From the sequence record OZ035813.1: a stretch of 38,979 nt of DNA, one strand, 5' to 3'. The translations under genes were made by a program, and so were the position numbers. Shown one piece after another: positions 1 through 6,300 of this stretch (position 1 is the first letter of the stretch; every line of letters begins with the position of its first letter). The stretch comes from Kayfunavirus LM33P1. The notes under the pieces were generated by a model, which worked only from the letters and a program-made list of their open reading frames with translations, ran no database searches and had not been told where the DNA came from.

Positions 1-29
1 TACAAGACGATTAAGAGCGGAGGTAAGAC

Positions 30-293
30 ATGACGCAGATGGACTTAGAGAAGTTCCTGTTAATGCTGGACACAGAACGTGCTAGACTAATGCTGCAAGA
101 CCTGCGGGATGACACTAAGCGTTCACCTCAGCTCTACAACGCCATTGAGAAACTGCTTGCTCGACACAACTTTGTGTTAAGCAAGGTGTCTGTGGACGAG
201 AAGACGCTGGCGGATATGGAGGCCTTGAACGAAGAGTACGATAAGGTGCTTTCAGCTACTGAGGATAATGACACCGGGTATGGTGTTCAATAA
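30..293 (+). CDS. small terminase subunit (T7 gp18-like)
   Basis: 87-aa ORF immediately upstream of spanin and large terminase genes; size and motifs (FLLMLDTE, RSPQLYNAIEKLL) resemble T7 gp18 as recalled; ATG at 30 overlaps the TGA that would end the holin ORF wrapping from the window end. Confidence 0.8.
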   Translation: MTQMDLEKFLLMLDTERARLMLQDLRDDTKRSPQLYNAIEKLLARHNFVLSKVSVDEKTLADMEALNEEYDKVLSATEDNDTGYGVQ

Positions 294-338
294 GTGTTAG
301 ACTCAAGGTCATCGTCAGGTGGCCTTTATGGTTAACAC
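294..338 (+). promoter_or_regulatory. RNase III-like processing hairpin (R18.5 position)
   Basis: conserved element GACTCAAGGTCAT..GTGGCCTTTATG flanked by complementary outer stem GTGTTA/TAACAC. Confidence 0.4.
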
Positions 339-389
339 TGACTAGTGGAGGCGACTCTACGTTAAATCTGATAAACCGGGAGGGCAACT

Positions 390-839
390 ATGCTCGAATT
401 TTTAAAGAGAGCGGCTCCGTGGTTACTTGCAGCAGTGATGTTTGCTGGTGGCTACCACACCGCTAACAATAAGTGGGAGGCTAAGGTCAATGCAGAATAC
501 ACCTCGAATCTTAAGGCATCGGAAGATACAAGGCTTGCTGTCCAAGCTGAAGTCAACAAAGTGTCCAAACGGTTTCAGGACGAAATGTCCTCGCTGGAAG
601 GCAGCACTGATAGGATTATTGCTGACCTTCAGTCTGACAATAAGCGGTTGCGCATCCGAGTCAAACCAACGAGTGGAACCACGCAAAGTGACGGTCGATG
701 CTTCATTGATGGTTACGCCGAACTTGACGAACGAGATGCTAAACGTCTTATCGCCATCGGAGTGAAAGGAGACAAGTGGATTAAGGCCCTTCAAGACACT
801 GTGAGAGCCTTACAGCAAGAGAAGGAGGTGACGCATTGA
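390..839 (+). CDS. i-spanin, Rz-like (T7 gp18.5-like)
   Basis: 149 aa, N-terminal hydrophobic helix ([14 protein letters not shown]), position between gene 18 and 19 as in T7; SD GGGAGGG upstream of ATG. Confidence 0.8.
   Translation: MLEFLKRAAPWLLAAVMFAGGYHTANNKWEAKVNAEYTSNLKASEDTRLAVQAEVNKVSKRFQDEMSSLEGSTDRIIADLQSDNKRLRIRVKPTSGTTQSDGRCFIDGYAELDERDAKRLIAIGVKGDKWIKALQDTVRALQQEKEVTH
490..765 (+). CDS. o-spanin, Rz1-like lipoprotein embedded in +1 frame of the i-spanin gene (T7 gp18.7-like)
   Basis: ORF fully inside 390..839 in another frame; signal-like stretch [18 protein letters not shown] with lipobox-like ISGC; start codon uncertain (ATG at 490 chosen). Confidence 0.5.
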   Translation: MQNTPRILRHRKIQGLLSKLKSTKCPNGFRTKCPRWKAALIGLLLTFSLTISGCASESNQRVEPRKVTVDASLMVTPNLTNEMLNVLSPSE

Positions 840-2599
840 GTAAAGACTTAGTGGCGCGTCAGGCGCTAATGACTGCACGTATGAAGTCAGACTTCGTGTT
901 CTTCCTGTTCGTCCTGTGGAAAGCTCTGTCGCTCCCAGTCCCGACTCGCTGTCAGATTGACATGGCGAAGAAACTATCGGCTGGGGACAACAGGCGCTTC
1001 ATCCTACAGGCGTTCCGTGGTATAGGGAAGTCCTTCATTACGTGTGCCTTCGTTGTCTGGAAGCTATGGAACAACCCAGACTTGAAGTTCATGATTGTGT
1101 CGGCCTCAAAGGAGCGAGCCGATGCTAACTCCATCTTCATCAAGCGAATCATCGACCTCATGCCTCAGCTTCAGGAACTCAAACCTAAGCAGGGACAGCG
1201 AGATGCGGTTATTAGCTTCGACGTGGGACCTGCCAAGCCAGACCACTCACCTTCGGTTAAGTCCGTTGGTATCACTGGTCAGTTGACTGGTAGTCGTGCT
1301 GACATCCTGATTGCCGATGACGTGGAGGTTCCGAACAACTCAGCGACTCAGGCTGCACGAGACCGTCTATCAGAGCTTGTGAAAGAGTTCGACGCTATCC
1401 TGAAGCCGGGAGGTACGATCATCTATCTGGGTACTCCTCAGAACGAGATGACCCTGTACCGTGAGCTGGAAGGTCGTGGGTACACCACTACTATCTGGCC
1501 CGCTCGTTATCCACGCGACAGGAAGGACTGGCAGTCTTACGGCGACCGTCTGGCTCCTATGCTTCAGGAAGAGCTGGAAGAGGACCCTGAGTCCTTCTAC
1601 TGGCGTCCGACTGATGAAGTACGCTTCGATGATACGGACCTGAAGGAACGTGAGCTGTCCTACGGTAAAGCTGGCTTCGCTCTACAGTTCATGCTTAACC
1701 CGAACCTGAGTGATGCCGAGAAGTACCCTCTTAAGCTCCGTGACCTTATCGTAGCCGACTTGGACCCAGCGTCCAGCCCAATGGTCTACCAATGGTTGCC
1801 GAACCCTCAGAACAAGCGTGAGGACGTTCCTAACGTTGGACTCATGGGTGACTCGTACCACACGTATCAGACTGTAGGTTCTGCCTTCAGCTCATACACC
1901 CAGAAGATTCTGGTCATTGACCCTAGTGGTCGTGGTAAGGATGAAACTGGATATGCGGTACTGTACCAGCTCAACGGCTACATCTTCGCTATGGAAGTTG
2001 GTGGCATGCGTGGTGGTTATGAAGACTCTACGCTGGAAGCCTTGGCTAAGATTGGTCGTAAGTGGAGGGTCAACGAATACGTCATTGAGGGTAACTTCGG
2101 TGATGGTATGTACCTTGAGTTATTCAAGCCTGTAGCTGCCCGTATCCATCCTGCTGCTGTAACTGAAGTGAAGAGTAAGGGTCAGAAAGAACTCCGCATC
2201 TGTGACGTTCTGGAGCCTATCATGGGGTCTCACAGACTTATCGTTAACGCTGCCGCTATCGTCCAAGACTACCAGTCAGCCTCTGATAAGGATGGTGTTC
2301 GTAACCCTATCTACTCTCTCTTCTACCAGATGACTCGTATCTCTCGTGAACGTGGAGCATTGGCACATGATGACCGACTTGATGCGCTGGCTATCGGTGT
2401 ACAGTTCTTCGTTGAGTCGATGGCTAAGGATGCCAACAAAGGCGAACGTGAAGTCACTGAGGAGTGGCTGGAGGAACAGATGGAGAACCCACGGAAAGGC
2501 TTCGAGTCCATCCACACTGAGTTCTGGGACAATGGGGTCCGGGTAACTCACGATACGGACGACGAGCTTGGACTAGGGTCATACGTTACGTTCCACTAG
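836..2599 (+). CDS. terminase large subunit (T7 gp19-like)
   Basis: 587 aa; strong similarity to recalled T7 gp19 ([64 protein letters not shown]); start is TTG at 836 preceded by AGGAGG, N-terminal length matches T7. Confidence 0.95.
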   Translation: MSKDLVARQALMTARMKSDFVFFLFVLWKALSLPVPTRCQIDMAKKLSAGDNRRFILQAFRGIGKSFITCAFVVWKLWNNPDLKFMIVSASKERADANSIFIKRIIDLMPQLQELKPKQGQRDAVISFDVGPAKPDHSPSVKSVGITGQLTGSRADILIADDVEVPNNSATQAARDRLSELVKEFDAILKPGGTIIYLGTPQNEMTLYRELEGRGYTTTIWPARYPRDRKDWQSYGDRLAPMLQEELEEDPESFYWRPTDEVRFDDTDLKERELSYGKAGFALQFMLNPNLSDAEKYPLKLRDLIVADLDPASSPMVYQWLPNPQNKREDVPNVGLMGDSYHTYQTVGSAFSSYTQKILVIDPSGRGKDETGYAVLYQLNGYIFAMEVGGMRGGYEDSTLEALAKIGRKWRVNEYVIEGNFGDGMYLELFKPVAARIHPAAVTEVKSKGQKELRICDVLEPIMGSHRLIVNAAAIVQDYQSASDKDGVRNPIYSLFYQMTRISRERGALAHDDRLDALAIGVQFFVESMAKDANKGEREVTEEWLEEQMENPRKGFESIHTEFWDNGVRVTHDTDDELGLGSYVTFH

Positions 2600-2609
2600 C
2601 TGAATGAAT

Positions 2610-2656
2610 AACTATAGGTGAAAGCTGCATTAATAAGCAGCTAGTAACCTATAGTT
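2610..2656 (+). repeat. imperfect inverted repeat after the terminase gene
   Basis: AACTATAGG..AGCTGC ATTAATAA GCAGCT..CCTATAGTT; central 6-bp stem with 8-nt loop and outer 9-bp arms. Confidence 0.5.
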
Positions 2657-2693
2657 ACTACCAGTCTAACATACTGTTTTACAAGGAGTTTGG

Positions 2694-2716
2694 ACTTAAC
2701 TATCACTATAGGGAAG
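2694..2716 (+). promoter_or_regulatory. phage RNAP promoter (phiOR-like, right end)
   Basis: ACTTAACTATCACTATAGGGAAG; predicted +1 at 2711. Confidence 0.75.
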
Positions 2717-2896
2717 ACCCCCGGTTACTTATAGTATTACTATAGTGAATATACATATGCAGACTTTATGCAAGACCTTAGGAGGCAGACTCCGAGTTCT
2801 TACCTAAGGCTTGCACCGATGGAAGGAGGGTGATATTAATCATAATCCCTCCAATACAGATAGTCACCGACCATAGATACAGGAGGTATGTAGCAT

Positions 2897-3055
2897 ATGG
2901 CAAAGACCAAAGCTGTACTTAAAGCTCTGGCGACCAATCGAGCTACATACAGGTTTCTTACTGCTGTTCTACTTGCTGCTGGCGTTACTGCTGGAAGTCA
3001 GTGGGTCGGGTGGGTCGAGACTCTCGTATGTTCTCTGGTCTCTCAGTGTAATTAA
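2897..3055 (+). CDS. small hydrophobic protein (gene 19.5 position)
   Basis: 52-codon ORF with AGGAGG 10 nt upstream, downstream of a phage promoter; below the length cutoff of the supplied ORF track. Confidence 0.45.
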   Translation: MAKTKAVLKALATNRATYRFLTAVLLAAGVTAGSQWVGWVETLVCSLVSQCN

Positions 3056-3164
3056 CGCAATCATGATAACAATCAACGAAAGGAGGTAGGGATGGACGAG
3101 GAGTCTTATGGGTCGTTCTCTGACGAAGATTATCAGACGGAGTGGGAATACGCGCATTGAAGAC

Positions 3165-3205
3165 CTAAGGTCAGTTCATAGCTGACGCTACTCTACTGAC
3201 CTTAG
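3165..3205 (+). repeat. 10-bp perfect inverted repeat (CTAAGGTCAG / CTGACCTTAG) near the right genome end
   Basis: arms separated by 21 nt; non-coding context. Confidence 0.5.
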
Positions 3206-3368
3206 CTACTGTAGTCAAGGACTTTAGGTAACACCTTAAGAGAAGCTCACTTAGGGTCATCCTACTTATTGGTCTATCCTAGTGTCGCCTGACCTACGGT
3301 CCTTGACCTACAGTGGCTGTGGCCTACAGTAGTGACGATGAGTTTTGGACAAAAAGTTTGAGACCACA

Positions 3369-3580
3369 TCTCACACTTCAAGAACCTCAAGTCTCCCCAT
3401 AGGCCCTCTTTCAGTCCAGACCAAAGGCCCTACCCGTTACTGCTCCTTGCAGTCACAGCCAGTCTATCATAAGGTTGGACAGATGGTCAAGACTTAAGGT
3501 CAACGATAGGCTGAGGCTATGGCTTAGGGAAGGACGATAGGTTGGGACTATTGGTCTTCTTTGAGTCTCTATCTGTATAA
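3369..3580 (+). repeat. predicted direct terminal repeat / genome left end (collapsed single copy)
   Basis: begins TCTCACA like the T7 left end and ends GAGTCTCTATCTGTATAACC resembling the end of the T7 terminal repeat; boundaries approximate. Confidence 0.35.
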
Positions 3581-3700
3581 CCATAAGTCACAACCATAGG
3601 TCACAGCCTACCTCTCACAACCATAAGTCATAACCTACAGTCTCACTAACCTACAGTCTCAACCATAAGACACCAACACCTACAGTCATAGACCTACAGT
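3581..3700 (+). repeat. array of short direct repeats (CCATAAGTCA / CCTACAGTC) next to the predicted terminal repeat
   Basis: at least 9 copies of the 8-10 bp motifs within 120 bp; analogous to the CCTAAAG heptamers at the T7 left end. Confidence 0.6.
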
Positions 3701-3790
3701 TAATAGACACAAGGCTATAGACTTAAGGTCTAAGACATGTTAGTCAAAGACTATATCCTCTTACACCATGGGGCCGACGATAGCTTAATC

Positions 3791-3840
3791 AATATTATTT
3801 CAAATTACCTATTGACTATAGGTCCAGACTATGGCCTAAT
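3791..3840 (+). promoter_or_regulatory. candidate host sigma70 early promoter (A1-like) with AT-rich upstream element
   Basis: AT-rich AATATTATTTCAAATTACCT then TTGACT at 3812-3817; -10 weak (CCTAAT at 17-bp spacing or TAATAG). Confidence 0.35.
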
Positions 3841-3951
3841 AGCTTCCGTCAACACGACACGGCAACAACCGGATAGTGAAGACGCCGGTCCGGTCCGGTT
3901 AAGTAGTCAGCCTGTAAGACATACGAACAACAGGCAACCGACAGAAAGTAG

Positions 3952-3981
3952 TTGACAGGCAGTAACGACTTAAAGTAATAT
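3952..3981 (+). promoter_or_regulatory. host sigma70 early promoter (T7 A3-like)
   Basis: TTGACA, 18-bp spacer, TAATAT; downstream GTACCACAT..GAAAC..GCTCTTTAACAATCTGG resembles the T7 A3 leader. Confidence 0.6.
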
Positions 3982-4095
3982 GTACCACATCGAAACAACG
4001 GTGATGACCAACACTGAATGGTCTACCTGAAGTCCTCTGACTGAAGGGAATGCTCTTTAACAATCTGGATAAACTCTTAATGTGCGCCGATAGCG

Positions 4096-4151
4096 ACTAA
4101 CTACAGGGCCTTTGAGTCTACATCTGAAGGCCCTGACTGATAGTCACTAAC
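4096..4151 (+). promoter_or_regulatory. early-region repeated hairpin element (copy 1)
   Basis: contains GGCCCTGACTGATAGTCACTAAC and a 7-bp stem CAGGGCC/GGCCCTG; lies just upstream of the first early ORF. Confidence 0.4.
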
Positions 4152-4158
4152 TTAAAGG

Positions 4159-4413
4159 ATGGACACTATGAAACACTTAAGCACAATCACTAATCGCAAT
4201 GAAGTATTCGTGAACACTAAAGGTTATGCGTGGATTCAGCTTAAAGAGATGACAGGAGCGCGTCACCGTGTGGTAGTGCGCAAGGTATCAAGCAAGCAGT
4301 TCAGCAACTACAGCGTCGATACTGTGCGTATAGACAACGAGACATACCTGATAGACTCGCAGATAACCGTGAGTCCTACAGTGGGCGTCTCAGCTCCTTA
4401 TTTCGCTAACTGA
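4159..4413 (+). CDS. hypothetical early protein, first gene after the host promoters
   Basis: 84-aa ORF about 90 nt downstream of the T7-like leader GCTCTTTAACAATCTGG; no recognisable motif; alternative ATG at 4168. Confidence 0.5.
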   Translation: MDTMKHLSTITNRNEVFVNTKGYAWIQLKEMTGARHRVVVRKVSSKQFSNYSVDTVRIDNETYLIDSQITVSPTVGVSAPYFAN

Positions 4414-4420
4414 GAGTGAT

Positions 4421-4468
4421 TAACTACAGGTCGTTAGACTGATAGCGGCCTGACTGATAGTCACTAAC
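4421..4468 (+). promoter_or_regulatory. early-region repeated hairpin element (copy 2)
   Basis: ACTACAGGTC..GGCCTGACTGATAGTCACTAAC upstream of ocr. Confidence 0.4.
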
Positions 4469-4496
4469 ACATAATTAACTTTGAGAGGATATAACT

Positions 4497-5000
4497 ATGG
4501 AACGTAATGCTAACGCATACTATGAGCTGCTGGCTGCAACCGTTGAGGCATTTATCGAGCGTATTCAGTACGACCACCTGACTCAAGATGACGACTACAG
4601 CGCTGCGCTGCATGAGGTCGTAGACGGTCAGGTTCCACACTATTACCACGAGATTTTTACGGTGATGGCTGCTGATGGTATAGACAACGAGTTCGAAGAC
4701 TCTGGGATGATACCTGAAACCAAGGACGTAACGCGTATCCTACAAGCTCGCATCTATGAGGCACTTTATAACGACGTGTCTAATAGCTTGGATGTAGTCT
4801 GGTTTGAGGATGAAGAGGCAGACGAAGAGGATGAATATTGGGTAGTTGACGCTAAAACAGGCGCAATAATTGTGCAAGCTGTAGCTCTTGAGGTCGCTAC
4901 TGCATGTGCCAAGGTCAACTATGTGATAGGTCGCCACCTTCAGGTGGAAGACATCAATGATAACGTAGTGTTTGACCCTGCTGCTGAGGACTGCGAGTGA
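4497..5000 (+). CDS. ocr: Ocr-like anti-restriction DNA-mimic protein (T7 gp0.3 homolog) with C-terminal extension
   Basis: residues 1-110 align with recalled T7 Ocr ([45 protein letters not shown] versus T7 [45 protein letters not shown]); acidic patch, then about 50 extra residues absent from T7 Ocr. Confidence 0.8.
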   Translation: [167 protein letters not shown]

Positions 5001-5149
5001 TGGTAACTTATGGCCTCTGCCAGCACCACGTCACTAACGCCCGGCTTATGGTCAAGACCGGGCAGTTAGACCACGATTGGGCTATGCGTCTCTTGAAAGT
5101 GGTCTACAGGAGACGCAAGCGTATACACGACAGTTTACACGCTAAGTGA
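5000..5149 (+). CDS. small basic hypothetical protein
   Basis: 49-aa ORF whose ATG overlaps the ocr stop (TGATG); ends just before a repeated hairpin element. Confidence 0.35.
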   Translation: MVTYGLCQHHVTNARLMVKTGQLDHDWAMRLLKVVYRRRKRIHDSLHAK

Positions 5150-5150
5150 C

Positions 5151-5196
5151 AGACTACAGGTCATCAATGCTGGTGGCCTGACTGATAGTCATTAAC
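5151..5196 (+). promoter_or_regulatory. early-region repeated hairpin element (copy 3)
   Basis: GACTACAGGTCA..GGCCTGACTGATAGTCATTAAC upstream of ORF 5213. Confidence 0.4.
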
Positions 5197-5212
5197 AACT
5201 GAGAGGGAAGAT

Positions 5213-5440
5213 ATGAACACAATCACTGGTGCCATAACCAAAGGTTTTCGAGCAATTTTCGGTGAAACGCAAGAAGTATGCACCAATCATAAATTCGTAC
5301 TTTCTTGCGTAGCAGGTGACGAGTTTGACGGGTTCGATAAACTGGTGGTTTGCGACCATTGCGGACAAGAGGCTATCCAACACTCAAACGGTAAATTTGA
5401 ATTAATAGACGATAGCCTTACAGAAGGAGACGGCGAGTAA
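5213..5440 (+). CDS. hypothetical early protein with four-cysteine (zinc-ribbon-like) motif
   Basis: 75 aa; Cys pairs in VCTNHKFVLSC and CDHC; SD GAGAGGGAAG upstream. Confidence 0.5.
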   Translation: MNTITGAITKGFRAIFGETQEVCTNHKFVLSCVAGDEFDGFDKLVVCDHCGQEAIQHSNGKFELIDDSLTEGDGE

Positions 5441-5572
5441 CCTAAATAAACAGGAGAGAACCAAATCATAGCTTGACCATAACACTGACGTGATGGTACT
5501 GAGTGATAGACGAGAGGTCATCGACTGATAGGTGGCCTCAAAGATTACCACTTACATTGATAGGAGTTAACT

Positions 5573-5677
5573 ATGAGCACTGCAATCATCTGGACTATCT
5601 CAGGCTTCGTAGCGTGGGGAATGTTTACTCTAGTCTGCAAACTACCGGTCCTTACTCAACTGTTATGGGGCTTATGA
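5573..5677 (+). CDS. small hydrophobic early peptide
   Basis: 34-aa ORF with SD TAGGAG upstream; TGA overlaps next ATG (ATGA). Confidence 0.3.
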   Translation: MSTAIIWTISGFVAWGMFTLVCKLPVLTQLLWGL

Positions 5678-5877
5678 CTATGAGTATCGCACTATTGATA
5701 GCCATAGGCTATGGACTTATCGCCTACGTGCTGGTGAGAGACATCAACAAAGCGCGTAAAGTCTACAAATTCAAATATGTACGTCTGGGTAGCTGGACTG
5801 TACGTCAACCTAACGGACGATTCATGCGTAACTTAGCGAACGTCTGGGATATAGCAACACTTGGGAGCAAACTGTAA
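5674..5877 (+). CDS. small membrane protein (early)
   Basis: 67 aa with N-terminal TM-like helix SIALLIAIGYGLIAYVLV; translationally coupled to neighbours by ATGA overlaps. Confidence 0.4.
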   Translation: MTMSIALLIAIGYGLIAYVLVRDINKARKVYKFKYVRLGSWTVRQPNGRFMRNLANVWDIATLGSKL

Positions 5878-6203
5878 TGAACAAGTCATACGGGATTAAT
5901 CTGGTACACTCTATGGACGCAGACATGCAAATGTTAAGCCTACTGGCTACCGGGTATCGTCACGGAACGTCAAGTCACTCCGCACGTCAACAGCAGGAGC
6001 GGGACCGGGTACTGCAAGCAAGACTCCGGGCTGAGGGCCATAAGTCCGAACTAATGTGTCTGGTGTATGGTGGACGACCAATCACTGACGATGGTAAACT
6101 TTTAGTCTCAGGCTGGAAGGCGATAGACCAACGGTCAACCATCAAGCACACGACTCATGGTGACTTCAGTCATCTCCACGCTAACCCGCTGATATGCAAG
6201 TAA
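5877..6203 (+). CDS. hypothetical early protein
   Basis: 108-aa ORF at the position where T7 carries the gp0.7 kinase; no kinase motifs seen. Confidence 0.55.
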   Translation: MNKSYGINLVHSMDADMQMLSLLATGYRHGTSSHSARQQQERDRVLQARLRAEGHKSELMCLVYGGRPITDDGKLLVSGWKAIDQRSTIKHTTHGDFSHLHANPLICK

Positions 6204-6208
6204 TTCTG

Positions 6209-6231
6209 ACTTAACTATCACTATAGGACTC
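6209..6231 (+). promoter_or_regulatory. phage RNAP promoter immediately upstream of the RNAP gene
   Basis: ACTTAACTATCACTATAGGACTC; predicted +1 at 6226. Confidence 0.7.
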
Positions 6232-6300
6232 AAGGTCTAAGACTCCAAGTGAAAGACCAAAGAGACTTTAAGTGAAAGACTAATAACAAGGACTTTAAGT

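Noticed and set aside
423-794. 123-aa minus-strand ORF overlapping the spanin gene
   Set aside because: Antisense to a conserved + strand gene; T7-like genomes are transcribed entirely on one strand and no promoter or SD supports it.
2969-3157. 62-aa minus-strand ORF near the right genome end
   Set aside because: Antisense to the small + strand ORFs with good SD sequences and on the non-transcribed strand.
3581-3700. Possible CRISPR array
   Set aside because: Repeat units are only 8-10 bp, irregularly spaced and without spacers of uniform length; consistent with terminal short repeats, not CRISPR.
3737-3955. 72-aa + strand ORF upstream of the first early gene
   Set aside because: Spans the host-promoter region (TTGACT/TTGACA boxes and AT-rich UP-like element) and lacks a convincing SD; more likely non-coding.
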